From Promethearchaeota archaeon Loki_b32 (GTDB lineage Archaea > Asgardarchaeota > Lokiarchaeia > Sigyniarchaeales > SOKP01): a stretch of 64,000 nucleotides of DNA. This document shows positions 41,613-52,088 of this stretch, piece by piece; positions within the stretch are counted from its first letter, which is position 1; every line of letters begins with the position of its first letter. The notes under the pieces are model-generated. The model ran no database searches, was not told the DNA's origin, and saw only the letters and a program-made list of their open reading frames with translations. The position numbers and the translations under genes were made by a program. Location of the stretch: positions 64,001 to 128,000 of the forward strand of contig NJBH01000007.1 in assembly GCA_005223125.1 (NCBI GenBank), in the 5' to 3' direction.

Positions 41613-42461
41613 TTGGATGATAATAACAAGGATACTTCCGAAGAGTATGATGAAATCTTAGATATCGAAACAGATAAAGAATTCGATACAAAGATCGATG
41701 AAATACAAAGAAGACAAATCGATACTAAAAGAATTAAGAAGATAGATCAATCAAAAAAAAGAGCAGCAATAGAATCTGTTTTTGATGAAAGGACTATTTT
41801 TACATTAAGTAAATTATTACGAAATGGACCGTTAGAACGAGTAGAAGGAATTATTTCAGCGGGAAAAGAGGCAAATATTTATTTAGCATATGATTTGTAT
41901 GGAAAAGAGGTTGCTCTCAAAATCTATAAGATTGATAGTAATACTTCAAAATGGATGCGAAATTATATTATCGGAGATCCTAGATTTAAGAAAATTCCTC
42001 ATAATATTTCAAAAGTTATATTTTTGTGGGCCAGTAAAGAGTATAAAAATCTTAAACGAGCATATAAGGTTGGTTTAAAAGTTCCAAATCCTTTAAGAAT
42101 TAAAGATAATATTTTAATCATGGAATATATAGGGTTTGGATCGATCCCCGCTCCTCTCTTAAAAGACATAAAATCACCTAAGGAACCTATATCTTTAATG
42201 AATGAAATATTAACTTTTATAAAAGACCTATATCAGAAAGCTAAATTAGTTCATGGAGATCTAAGTGAGTTTAACATATTATATCATAATCAAAAACCAG
42301 TAATAATTGATATTTCTCAAGCGGTATCTATTCACCATCCAAAAGCAGAAGTATATTTAGTAAGAGATATAAAAAATATTTTTAAATACTTTGAAAAATT
42401 AGGAATAGAAACACCAGATCCTAAAGATTTTTATTATGAAGTCATAAAAACAGATAATTGA
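41613..42461 (+). CDS. rio1: RIO1 atypical protein kinase
   Basis: ISAGKEANIY, YIIGDPRF, WASKEYKNL, HGDLSEFN, IDISQA. Confidence 0.95.
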   Translation: MDDNNKDTSEEYDEILDIETDKEFDTKIDEIQRRQIDTKRIKKIDQSKKRAAIESVFDERTIFTLSKLLRNGPLERVEGIISAGKEANIYLAYDLYGKEVALKIYKIDSNTSKWMRNYIIGDPRFKKIPHNISKVIFLWASKEYKNLKRAYKVGLKVPNPLRIKDNILIMEYIGFGSIPAPLLKDIKSPKEPISLMNEILTFIKDLYQKAKLVHGDLSEFNILYHNQKPVIIDISQAVSIHHPKAEVYLVRDIKNIFKYFEKLGIETPDPKDFYYEVIKTDN

Positions 42462-42502
42462 TAGATAAAAGATAAAAAAAATCTGTACGGTTTAGCAATA
42501 AA

Positions 42503-43060
42503 ATGAAAATTGGAAAAAATAGAATTGCTGTTTTAATTGGTCGAGAAGGAGAAGTAAAAAAAGCTATTGAAAATAAATTAGGAGTTAAAATTAATTTAGA
42601 TAGTAAATCAGGAAATTGTGAGATATTACCAAACCTAGATCATCCGAATTATTTACCTTTAAATGATTTTATAGCTCAAAAAATAGCAGATGCGATAAAT
42701 AGAGGTTTTAATCCTATAAAAGCTATGAAATTATTAGAAGATAATTATGATCTTGAGATATTTAATTTATTGAAAATTGTTGGAAAATCTGATAAAAGAC
42801 TTAAACGCGTAAAGGGACGAATAATTGGAAGAAATGGAGAAATGCGAAAAGAAATTGAAAGATTTTCTGAAAGTTTTATCTCAGTTTATGGAAAAACTAT
42901 CTCTATTATCGCTTCTTATGATAACTTACAGATTGCGAGAAAAGCAGTAAGTATGTTAATTAATGGAACGCCCCATCATGTAGTTTTAAGATTTTTAGAA
43001 AATAGATATAATGAAAAGAAAAAAGAAAAATTCAGAGAAATGTATAAACCTGAATTTTAA
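42503..43060 (+). CDS. KH-domain pre-rRNA processing protein (Dim2/Pno1-like)
   Basis: LIGREG and IIGRNG KH loops; follows rio1. Confidence 0.9.
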   Translation: MKIGKNRIAVLIGREGEVKKAIENKLGVKINLDSKSGNCEILPNLDHPNYLPLNDFIAQKIADAINRGFNPIKAMKLLEDNYDLEIFNLLKIVGKSDKRLKRVKGRIIGRNGEMRKEIERFSESFISVYGKTISIIASYDNLQIARKAVSMLINGTPHHVVLRFLENRYNEKKKEKFREMYKPEF

Positions 43061-43063
43061 TTT

Positions 43064-43432
43064 TCAGTTTAAGAATGTATTATTGTAAAGTTTTGAAGCC
43101 TCTTGAATTAGATCTTTTCCATATATAATATCTTTTAATTCTTTTAATAAATCATTTTTAGTGCTAATATTATCAATAGAGTATAATTCTTTGAATTCTT
43201 CTTTTTGGAAATCTTTAAGATAAACTTCAAAGCTTTTAATTGAAAAAGTACGTGTTTTATAAGATTTAAAAATTGTAATATAACGAGGATAAGCATTTTT
43301 TTCTCTTAAGAAAATCGCCCAACCATCAAAATAAAATTCGATTTTATAATTAAAAAAATTTTTCCAGTTCTGAATTTTACTTATAATATCATTTATTTCT
43401 GCTTGAATTTCTGGGGAAAACTTATTATTCAT
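43064..43432 (-). CDS. Hypothetical protein
   Basis: 122-aa ORF downstream of ftsZ. Confidence 0.55.
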   Translation of the reverse strand: MNNKFSPEIQAEINDIISKIQNWKNFFNYKIEFYFDGWAIFLREKNAYPRYITIFKSYKTRTFSIKSFEVYLKDFQKEEFKELYSIDNISTKNDLLKELKDIIYGKDLIQEASKLYNNTFLN

Positions 43433-43479
43433 ATATGATAGTCGAGAAAGAATTATAAAAAGGAAGACTAAAAAATTAC

Positions 43480-44598
43480 TTAATCAAAGGCAATTTCTCC
43501 AATATTAAAAATCTCGTCAGATAACCCTAACTTTGAAGACTTTTTAATTTTAGAATTATAAAGAGTTTGTTTGAATGAAAATCCATTACCAAAAATTTGA
43601 GGAGATTTTATGCCAGTTATCAAAAGCATAACTCTTAAAAGACCATCAAATTCATCTGAAACTCGAGCACCCCAAATTACCATTGAATCGTTCATATCCA
43701 TTTTTTCTGAAATTTTCTTAGCTACTGAATTTGCTTCTGCTAATGTCATATCATTTCCTCCACAGATATGGATTAAAGCACCTTTAGCACCATTAATACT
43801 TACATCTAATAATGGAGTATTTAGGGCATCATTAATAGCTTCCTCAACTCTATTTTCTTTTCCACTAGATTCACCAACACCCACAATTGCTACACCTCCT
43901 GTACTTAAAATAGTTCTAACATCGGCAAAATCCAAATTAATTAGAGAAGGTAAAGAAATAGTTTCTGTGATACCTTTAACCATGGTAGCTAGAACTTCAT
44001 CTGCTACACTGAAAGCTTCGATAATTGGTAAATTCGGAGCGATTTGTAGTAATCGATTGTTATCTATTACAACTAAAGTATCTACATAACGTTTTAATAG
44101 ATTTAACCCCATTTTGGCTTTATCAATACGTCCAATTTCAGTATCAAATGGCAACGTCACTACACCTACTACGATTGCACCTTCTAATTTTGCTATTTCA
44201 GCAATGATAGGAGCACTTCCAGTACCTGTCCCTCCCCCCTCTCCACATGTTATGAAGACTAAGTTTGATTCTCTTAAAATTTTAGTTAAATCCTCTCGAG
44301 ATTCTTCCGCTGCTGCTCTACCTATTTCTGGGTTTCCTCCGGCTCCCAGACCTTTTGTTAAATTCTTTCCAATTAATATTTTGATATGAGATTCAACACT
44401 GTCTAAATGTTGACAATCAGTATTGATAGCAACGCATTTAGCTCCCTTTATTCCTATTTTCATTAGTCTATTAATTGTATTATTTCCGGCACCACCACAT
44501 CCAATTATTTTAATATTAGCATAACCAAATTTGTCTATCTGTGGTCGAATTATTTCTCTATTGCGTGCATTTTTTATAAATGATTCCATATTCATCAA
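43480..44598 (-). CDS. ftsZ: Cell division protein FtsZ
   Basis: GGAGNN, INTD, GLGAGG, GGGTGTG, NLDFADV. Confidence 0.97.
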   Translation of the reverse strand: MMNMESFIKNARNREIIRPQIDKFGYANIKIIGCGGAGNNTINRLMKIGIKGAKCVAINTDCQHLDSVESHIKILIGKNLTKGLGAGGNPEIGRAAAEESREDLTKILRESNLVFITCGEGGGTGTGSAPIIAEIAKLEGAIVVGVVTLPFDTEIGRIDKAKMGLNLLKRYVDTLVVIDNNRLLQIAPNLPIIEAFSVADEVLATMVKGITETISLPSLINLDFADVRTILSTGGVAIVGVGESSGKENRVEEAINDALNTPLLDVSINGAKGALIHICGGNDMTLAEANSVAKKISEKMDMNDSMVIWGARVSDEFDGLLRVMLLITGIKSPQIFGNGFSFKQTLYNSKIKKSSKLGLSDEIFNIGEIAFD

Positions 44599-44696
44599 AT
44601 TTTATTATAATTTGAAAAAAGAATCATAATGAAAAAATTAGAATTAATGTAATATCGAAATATTACATAACCAGACTATTAAATTTAGATTTGAAA

Positions 44697-45917
44697 TTAA
44701 TTTATAGAAAAATCTCCATCGATTTTGGGATCAAAGATTTGCTTATAACCGTTATCATTTATAAGAAGAATTTTTGGCAAAGAATATGGAAATCTGTTTG
44801 AAAATGTAAGACAATAAGCCCCTGTATTTGTGACTAATACTTTATCTCCTTCGTTTAAATTATCAGTGAAAAAGTAATCTTTTGCTAAAACATCTTGATC
44901 AGTTGGAATTATACCCGCAATTGAAGTTTTAACCTTATGTGGTTCATTAATTTGAGAAGCATTATAAAACCTTAAGGAACATTTAGCAAATTTTGGGCAT
45001 ATATGATTTCCAATATTTAAAAATATCCATCGATTTTCGCTAACTTTTACAATTTTTGATATAAATAATCCAGTGTCTCCTATAAAATACCTTCCAGGTT
45101 CAAAAAATATATTGTTATACTTAATTCCTAACCTTTTTAATTCCAATTTTATTTCGTTAGCTATAATTCTTAATTGTTTATAAGGCATTACAGTAGCCTC
45201 TGGAAAACCGCCTCCAAGATTGATATTGTCAATACTTATACCCACCCCTGAAAAAAGTCTTAAATTGTATGTTATTGCTTCAATATTATCTCTGAATTGT
45301 CTGAAATTGTTCATTTGAGAGCTATGATGTGAGAGTATCGTTTTTATATTGACATTTTTACAATTTCTTAGTGTTTCTTTAAAGATTGCCACTTTTTTTT
45401 CATCCAATTTAATACCTAATTTGCTATTATATTTCTGAGAATTAACTCTGATGCAAATATCCTGAATATAGTCGAACTTTTTTGCAACTAAATTAATTTT
45501 TTTTAAATCGCTTAAGTTGTATAGTACAACTTCTTTTACCTTGTTTTTTATACTTGATTCGATTAATTCTTTTGATAAATAAGGTCCGCCTACAATTATT
45601 TTATTAGAAGGAAAACCGAGTTTTAATGCTAGTTTCAACTCGGGTAATCCTATAATTTCTGCTCCAATTCCTTCAGAATGTACAATTTTACAGATTTCTG
45701 AAAGATAATTAGCTTTAAATGAGTAAAAACAATGGAAATTTTCAAATTCAGAGCGAAATATATCAGTAAACGTTCTTATATTGGCTCTAATTCTATTTTC
45801 CAAGAATATCATTAATGGTGTTTTAAATTTATTAAGGATTTCATCAAGTGGTACTTTATCAATAAAAATTTTACCACTTTCTTTTTTTAGAAATGGATTT
45901 CCAGAGATATTTTTCAT
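44697..45917 (-). CDS. LysA/ODC-like group IV PLP decarboxylase (divergent)
   Basis: YSFKAN, NLGGGF, EPGRY, NTGAY. Confidence 0.85.
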   Translation of the reverse strand: MKNISGNPFLKKESGKIFIDKVPLDEILNKFKTPLMIFLENRIRANIRTFTDIFRSEFENFHCFYSFKANYLSEICKIVHSEGIGAEIIGLPELKLALKLGFPSNKIIVGGPYLSKELIESSIKNKVKEVVLYNLSDLKKINLVAKKFDYIQDICIRVNSQKYNSKLGIKLDEKKVAIFKETLRNCKNVNIKTILSHHSSQMNNFRQFRDNIEAITYNLRLFSGVGISIDNINLGGGFPEATVMPYKQLRIIANEIKLELKRLGIKYNNIFFEPGRYFIGDTGLFISKIVKVSENRWIFLNIGNHICPKFAKCSLRFYNASQINEPHKVKTSIAGIIPTDQDVLAKDYFFTDNLNEGDKVLVTNTGAYCLTFSNRFPYSLPKILLINDNGYKQIFDPKIDGDFSIN

Positions 45918-45924
45918 AGCACAA

Positions 45925-47226
45925 TCATCTAAATTTTGTTAATAAATTTTGATATGTATAATGTGTTTCTTTTGCAACAATATCCCATGTATACTTTTGA
46001 GATACCTTTAATTGTCCAGCTGAACCATATCTTTTTCTTAAATTGTTGTTCTTTAGGAGAAAAATAACTTTTTGAGCGATATCTTTAGGTTTATCAAATT
46101 CAACTAGCAATCCGTCAATATTTTCTCGTATCACTTCTGGAGTCGCACCAATTCTTGCTCCAATAACTGGTTTTCCCATAGACCATGCCTCTAAAAATGA
46201 GATTCCAAATGCGTCACTCCGACTGGGCATTAAATAAATATCTGCTTCTTTAAATGCCGCTAATTTTTTTTTATCAAAATATCCTGTTAAATTTCCGGGA
46301 GAAAAATTAATAATTCTAACTTTTTCTAATTTGTTAATTTTAGATAGTTCACGATTAAAAGCAACTGTTGAGGGTCCTATAAATACAAAATAAACTTTTT
46401 TTATTTTTTTAAGAATGTAAGGTATTGATTTCAGAATTGAAAGAGCTCCCTTTTCATAGTTCTTATATCCACAAAATAATATTAGTTTGTATTTCTTTTC
46501 ATTTTTATTAAAAAATTTCTCCTTAAATGATAAATTGGATAGAGGCTTTTTATTAACCTTCTGAAATTTTGTATAATCTACACCCATTGGAATAACTGTG
46601 ATTTGACCTGGTTGAATTTTGCATTTTTGAACTAAAAATTCTTTCTCAACATTTGTACAGGCAATTAATAAATCAAATTTTTTTAACAAATCAATTACCT
46701 TCAAGTCTGTATATCGAGGATTCGAAAAATGAAAAAATGGAGTGCAAATTGTTGGTTTCTTTATAAAATTTCCAATTATTAAACTAATAATGCAATTAAA
46801 GTAAGGAAAATAAGTAGTATGAATTAAATCGTAATTTAAATCTTGCTTTTTTAATAAATAATCTAATAAATCACCCAAATATGGGCCATTTCTAACAATC
46901 CTTTCAAGAACATCATCGTGGAGATTTAGTGCATTATATGAGGGAATTACTTTCAAAATTTTTAGAATCTCTTTATTTGAGATGTTGTAATTAACTGGGA
47001 ATCTGTTAACCTTCAAACTATTTACTTCATAAAAATATTTATTATCAGGAGTTAATATTTTTCCTGAGGAATTTCTTAAAGCTTTAAAATCAATAGCATT
47101 AGAAGTATATATCTCTATATTGTAATTATATTTTGTAGTCAATAGCTCTGCCATCCTTTGAAAATAAAATTCAGCGCCAGAGATTGAAGGAAAATATCTA
47201 GTTGGAAGATATAAAATATTATTCAA
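45925..47226 (-). CDS. GT4-family glycosyltransferase
   Basis: YFPSISGAE, PSRSDAFGISFLEA..GKPVI. Confidence 0.92.
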   Translation of the reverse strand: MNNILYLPTRYFPSISGAEFYFQRMAELLTTKYNYNIEIYTSNAIDFKALRNSSGKILTPDNKYFYEVNSLKVNRFPVNYNISNKEILKILKVIPSYNALNLHDDVLERIVRNGPYLGDLLDYLLKKQDLNYDLIHTTYFPYFNCIISLIIGNFIKKPTICTPFFHFSNPRYTDLKVIDLLKKFDLLIACTNVEKEFLVQKCKIQPGQITVIPMGVDYTKFQKVNKKPLSNLSFKEKFFNKNEKKYKLILFCGYKNYEKGALSILKSIPYILKKIKKVYFVFIGPSTVAFNRELSKINKLEKVRIINFSPGNLTGYFDKKKLAAFKEADIYLMPSRSDAFGISFLEAWSMGKPVIGARIGATPEVIRENIDGLLVEFDKPKDIAQKVIFLLKNNNLRKRYGSAGQLKVSQKYTWDIVAKETHYTYQNLLTKFR

Positions 47227-47260
47227 AGAGTTATAAATCCTTTTTATTTATAGATTATAA

Positions 47261-47464
47261 TTAACAAACTTTTGAATTTTTTGCTTTTTTCTTCTCTACT
47301 TCAGTTTCAATAACTTTGGTAATCTTATCTCTAATTTCCTCTTTATTGTTATCATAAACGGTTTTAGCTATTCGAAAGGTAATTACTTTGCTCTCTTCGT
47401 CTCCGAATTTCTTTTTTCGATGCCCACGCTCTTTTACTTTTTTTTCACTTTTAATTTCCGACAT
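47261..47464 (-). CDS. Small basic protein, possibly ribbon-helix-helix-like
   Basis: ERGHRKKK basic patch and KVITFRI strand. Confidence 0.5.
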   Translation of the reverse strand: MSEIKSEKKVKERGHRKKKFGDEESKVITFRIAKTVYDNNKEEIRDKITKVIETEVEKKKAKNSKVC

Positions 47465-47465
47465 A

Positions 47466-47957
47466 TTATATTCTCTTTTTTATTTCAAATTTATTTGTCT
47501 TCGGCTTTATAGAAAAAAATATGCATTTATTACATAAAATTAATTTTCCCATTTCACACTTAAAACACTTTTCAACAGTTGTGTTATTTTTAGAAAGGCT
47601 ACAAATGAATTCAGTCTTCGTAGTTCTTTTTATATCTTTATAAACTAAAAAATTTCGTACTTCGCTTAAATCATCTTCAAAATCTGTTTCAAATCCCTGA
47701 TCCATTGCCATTTTTAGTTCTTGTTCAAATTCACAAATTGGTTGTTTTGCAAATTTCTCAATCTTTCTATCATTTTTATTTTCAAAATAATTGTTTAATG
47801 TTTCTAAGAAACATTTAAAATGTTGAAAATGAAAGAATAATAGAGTTGGTGGTACGGTATTTACTTCTAGAATTACATGAATTTTATCGGAATCAACATA
47901 TTCATTACATATCGAACAAATACGTTTTTTATTTTTAGTTTCAAAAAATTTTAACAT
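47466..47957 (-). CDS. Hypothetical Cys-rich protein
   Basis: CSIC..H..C, CFKC, CNKC. Confidence 0.55.
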   Translation of the reverse strand: MLKFFETKNKKRICSICNEYVDSDKIHVILEVNTVPPTLLFFHFQHFKCFLETLNNYFENKNDRKIEKFAKQPICEFEQELKMAMDQGFETDFEDDLSEVRNFLVYKDIKRTTKTEFICSLSKNNTTVEKCFKCEMGKLILCNKCIFFSIKPKTNKFEIKKRI

Positions 47958-48095
47958 AATTCAATTCAAATTTTCTCATTCGTATTACAATTCACTCTTT
48001 TTTCAAATATATAAAGTCCTAAAAATTGCAATTTTAATAGAAATGTTTTTTTTTCCTATGGATAATAATATATTTAACAGAAACAAATCAATAAA

Positions 48096-48488
48096 ATGTC
48101 CAAAGATTTATTGTTTCAAGTTTTTAGGAAAGCTAAGAAAAAGCAACTGATCGATGAGGAATTCATATCCTTTTTAGAAACAATTTTTCCTGGTAGATCT
48201 ACAAATGTAATTGATGTTTTAAAAAGGGGCATTATTAAATATATATATAAACCTTCAGATAGAGTTGTATGGGTGGCGAAAGGTGAAAATCAGGAGCATT
48301 TAATCTTTCCTAAATTGTATTGTTCATGTCAAGATTTCTATAAGAATGTTGTTGTAAAGAGAAATCATAATTTTTGTAAGCATATTTTAGCCCAGATAAT
48401 TAGTGAAGCTTTAAATAAATTTAGGACCGTAAAAACAGAAGATAATAAATTTAAAGCGTTAGTTAGAGAGTTAAAACTTGAAATATAA
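48096..48488 (+). CDS. SWIM zinc-finger protein
   Basis: YCSCQDF..CKHIL. Confidence 0.88.
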   Translation: MSKDLLFQVFRKAKKKQLIDEEFISFLETIFPGRSTNVIDVLKRGIIKYIYKPSDRVVWVAKGENQEHLIFPKLYCSCQDFYKNVVVKRNHNFCKHILAQIISEALNKFRTVKTEDNKFKALVRELKLEI

Positions 48489-48505
48489 AAACCTTTTTCT
48501 AATTA

Positions 48506-49099
48506 TTAGACTGAAATATCTTCTCTTTCCCACTTTTGTAAATATATATTAAATTCTTCTAAATTTATTTGACATGGAATAAGTATCTTTTTCAACGCTT
48601 CTAATTTCTTTATTTTAAATATTAATTTCTTATTCTTATGGTAAAAATTTTCGGCTTTTGGATACTCTTCTTTAAAAACTTCTTTCAAATGTCCGAGATC
48701 CATTTTTTCTAATTCACTATAATGTTGAATTACAAAATTGCATAGAGGATCAATTGAGATCTCAAAATTAAAAGCATCGACACGCTTCAGTGCAAGTGGA
48801 TATGCTTGACATGCTAAAGGTTTATTTTCATGAACCCTACAACCATTATGTTCATTATAAAATGGGCATCCTTGATTTTCATTATCTAATCTTATTCGAT
48901 AGGTTAACACTAATATTTTTTCATTTTTAATATCCGGAAACACTAGATCTTCGATTATTTTAAATTCAATATCGCGTTCCTTCGCGATTTCTATTAAAAT
49001 GTCGGCTTCATCTGGATAGAGAGGAATTCTTTTTACGTAATCTCCAGGAACCTCATGACAACAAGTACCACACATTCTACATTTATAATTTATAGACAT
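48506..49099 (-). CDS. YkgJ-family cysteine-cluster protein
   Basis: CRMCGTCC, CPF..C.VH..KPLACQAYP. Confidence 0.9.
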   Translation of the reverse strand: MSINYKCRMCGTCCHEVPGDYVKRIPLYPDEADILIEIAKERDIEFKIIEDLVFPDIKNEKILVLTYRIRLDNENQGCPFYNEHNGCRVHENKPLACQAYPLALKRVDAFNFEISIDPLCNFVIQHYSELEKMDLGHLKEVFKEEYPKAENFYHKNKKLIFKIKKLEALKKILIPCQINLEEFNIYLQKWEREDISV

Positions 49100-49278
49100 C
49101 CTAACAATTGTTCTTTGTTACTAAGGAGAATAAGAGTTTAGTCTAAATTTAATTTTTTGATAATATGATTATATTACTTTTACAGTAAATCTTGTGTCTA
49201 CTAGGATAATACATCGTTTTTAAACTGATAAAATCACCCTATTAATAGAGCTGTATTTTAATAAATAAGGTTTAAGTT

Positions 49279-50088
49279 ATGGAAGGAATAAGAACTATAA
49301 AACATGAAAATATGGATGGAAAAGACTTTATAAGGCCCATTTGTATTTTAGGAATGCCGGGGATTGCCGATGTTGGAAAATTTGCTTTAGATTCTCTTAT
49401 AGGTCAACTTAACGCTTTAAATTTAATTGATATTATTTTTGATGATTATCCCGCTGGAGCAATTGTGGATGACAGTTTATTATCTGCTCCTAAAGCTGAA
49501 ATTTTATATTGGAAAGATCCAAATGAATTAAGAGATATAGTGTTAATAACTGCTGATGCACAAAGTCTTACTCCAAAAGGAATATATAAAATATCTAATT
49601 TTCTTACAGAAATTATAAATCAATATGGGATAAAATTAATAATTGCTTTAGGTGCGTATCCTGTAAACAGCAGAAAAATTACCTCAAAACTCCCTAAAAT
49701 CTATCTTAGTTCAACTAATCGAGATTTATTAAAGCATTATCTAGTTGAAAATAATTGCCAGAAGATTCAGAAGGGAGTAATAATTGGCGCAAATGGTTTG
49801 ATTCCAACATTAGCTAAAGCAAGATTTGACATTGATGGATTGGTTTTTCTTGCCGAGACAGATAATCTTGCCATGATTAATGAAGATATTACTGATCTTA
49901 AGGCTTCAATCACTCTTTTAGAAATGCTTATAAAATCCTTTACGTTACCAATTAAAAAGAAATATTCTTTGGAAAATATTGAAGAAATTACAAAAAACCT
50001 TCAAGTTAAGAGAGATCAATTAGAAAAAGATCTCGATTCACTCCAACTTGTTGATACAGATGATAAACGAAAATCATTATATATCTAA
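49279..50088 (+). CDS. PAC2-family proteasome assembly chaperone
   Basis: GMPGIADVG, ITADAQ, ALGAY, IIGANG; C-terminal HbYX (LYI). Confidence 0.85.
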   Translation: MEGIRTIKHENMDGKDFIRPICILGMPGIADVGKFALDSLIGQLNALNLIDIIFDDYPAGAIVDDSLLSAPKAEILYWKDPNELRDIVLITADAQSLTPKGIYKISNFLTEIINQYGIKLIIALGAYPVNSRKITSKLPKIYLSSTNRDLLKHYLVENNCQKIQKGVIIGANGLIPTLAKARFDIDGLVFLAETDNLAMINEDITDLKASITLLEMLIKSFTLPIKKKYSLENIEEITKNLQVKRDQLEKDLDSLQLVDTDDKRKSLYI

Positions 50089-50187
50089 GTTAAATTCTTT
50101 TTTAATAATCTCTTTTTACTTGTATTATACTTTTACTTAAAAGAATCAAGCAAAAAGTATTTTAATTATGGAGAATTTAGAATAATT

Positions 50188-50337
50188 ATGAGTTATGTGT
50201 GTGCTAGGAAGAGTTGTGGCAAAGAAGTTAGTAAAAAAGAATTAAGTGCTCTTCCAGGTATCAAATGTTCTCACTGTGGCTTTCGAATCTTATATAAAAA
50301 ACGTCCAGACGTTATAAAACGTATTAAAATTCGTTAA
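50188..50337 (+). CDS. rpoP: RNA polymerase subunit Rpo12 (P), 49 aa, absent from the ORF track
   Basis: MSYVCARKSCGKEVSKKELSALPGIKCSHCGFRILYKKRPDVIKRIKIR. Confidence 0.93.
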   Translation: MSYVCARKSCGKEVSKKELSALPGIKCSHCGFRILYKKRPDVIKRIKIR

Positions 50338-50405
50338 ATCTAATTCTTTATCCAAAATATTGATAATTTATACTGATTTTTCATATTCGATAAGATTATA
50401 ATTTA

Positions 50406-51344
50406 TTATATTCTAATTTCGAATTTTAAATGATCAATTATTTCTTTGTATCGATTCCTGATAGTTGCTTCAGTAACTCCCGCAGCCATTGATATTTCTT
50501 TTTGTGTACGCCGTTCTCCTTCTTGTATAGCAGCAACATATAATGCTGCACCTGCTAATCCTGTTGGTGCTTTCCCTGCAGTGATACGATATTTTTTTGC
50601 AAGTTTTAAAATTGAAGCCGCCCTATTTTGAGTTTTTCCAGAGAGTTTTAATTCGGCGCAAAACCGTGGTATGAAATTTATTGGAGAGGAAACTTGAATA
50701 TTTAATTTAAGCTCTCTTAGAATTAACCTGTAGCAGCGAGCGACTTTCTTCTTATCTACTGAAGCAAATTCTATGAAATCATCTAAAGTCTTAGGAATAC
50801 TATTCAATCTACAAGATAAATAAATTGATGCAATCAGCATTGCTTCAATAGATCTACCTCTAATTAAATTCTTATTAGCCATTTTTCTATAAATGTGTGC
50901 AGCTGATTCTTTCAAATCTTTTGATAGGTTTAGTTGAGAAGAAAATCTATCCAATTCATTCATTGCATAGGCTAAATTTCTATCAATCGACTTATTTGTA
51001 CGCGTCCTTACATGCCATTTTCTTAACCGATAAACTTCCGCCTTCATTTTAGGGCTTATTGTCTTTCCAAACGCGTCTTTATTCTTCCAACCGATCATAG
51101 TACTTAAACCCTTATCATGAAGAGTTAGGGTTGTAGGGGCTCCTACTCGCACTTTTTTCTTTGCCTCTTCTGATGTAAATGCTCGCCATTCGGGCCCAGA
51201 ATCTATAAGTCTTTGACTTAAAACTAATCCACATATGCTACAAATTATCTCACCACGAGATTCATCTGAGATTAAATTTTTGTTACCACATTCTGGACAT
51301 AAATTGAAATTTTTTTGAGAGAATGAAAGATCCAATAATGCCAA
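50406..51344 (-). CDS. tfb: Transcription initiation factor IIB
   Basis: CPECG Zn ribbon, GPEWRAF, HDKGLST, RGRSIE, GVTEATIRNRYKE. Confidence 0.97.
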   Translation of the reverse strand: MALLDLSFSQKNFNLCPECGNKNLISDESRGEIICSICGLVLSQRLIDSGPEWRAFTSEEAKKKVRVGAPTTLTLHDKGLSTMIGWKNKDAFGKTISPKMKAEVYRLRKWHVRTRTNKSIDRNLAYAMNELDRFSSQLNLSKDLKESAAHIYRKMANKNLIRGRSIEAMLIASIYLSCRLNSIPKTLDDFIEFASVDKKKVARCYRLILRELKLNIQVSSPINFIPRFCAELKLSGKTQNRAASILKLAKKYRITAGKAPTGLAGAALYVAAIQEGERRTQKEISMAAGVTEATIRNRYKEIIDHLKFEIRI

Positions 51345-51465
51345 CCCATTAAAAATTCTATACTTTAATTTTCATAATTAATCTTGCACATTTAAATGTT
51401 TGCGTTTTAAGGATTTGTCCATTAATAATAATCTCAGTTTACAATTTTTGATTTTTGGATTATAT

Positions 51466-51481
51466 CGAAACATTTTTATAA
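51466..51481 (+). promoter_or_regulatory. BRE/TATA of a probable leaderless transcript
   Basis: CGAAACA-TTTTTATAA 23 nt before ATG 51504. Confidence 0.55.
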
Positions 51482-51503
51482 GTTCATTCTTTCTCTTATT
51501 ATA

Positions 51504-51977
51504 ATGCGACATTATTACAAGACCCATGGAAAACATTGCTATCTCCGATCTTTTCAATCAAAATGTCCAAAATGTAATGCTAGTGTATTATTTTGGGAAT
51601 GTACCCACGGAAGTAAAGTTTTTTTTGAGTATCCCCCTTACGGAAAACTGGTAAGGCATTTTTGTCGGTATCATAAAGGGGCATTTAATGTAAAGAAAAA
51701 ATTTCAAATTATTGTTAAGAAACCAAAAGGACTTTTAGATTATCAATCTCCAAGTTGTCCGGTGTGTGGGAAATTATTTAAAAATATTAGTAGTTTAGAA
51801 GATCATCTGGAGATTTTAAAAAAAAATGATATTTATCATAAGCTTTTTTTTGATAATAAAATTTCATTTGAAGATAAGTTTGTAGAAAATATACACAAAA
51901 ATTCAGATCAGACCAAATTGCGTGAACAACCAGAATTTGGGAAAATTAACATAAAAAAAGAGAAAAAAATTGATTAA
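51504..51977 (+). CDS. Hypothetical zinc-finger protein
   Basis: CPKC..C.HGSKVFF..H.C; CPVCGKLF..L..H C2H2-like. Confidence 0.65.
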   Translation: MRHYYKTHGKHCYLRSFQSKCPKCNASVLFWECTHGSKVFFEYPPYGKLVRHFCRYHKGAFNVKKKFQIIVKKPKGLLDYQSPSCPVCGKLFKNISSLEDHLEILKKNDIYHKLFFDNKISFEDKFVENIHKNSDQTKLREQPEFGKINIKKEKKID

Positions 51978-52088
51978 ATTAGGTTTTCGATAAATTTTTA
52001 ATAAATTAGTATATAATTATTTTATAACAAATTAAATGACTTTAGAGATTATTTTATTTATTAAATCCCAGAAGAGATAGGAAAAAAA

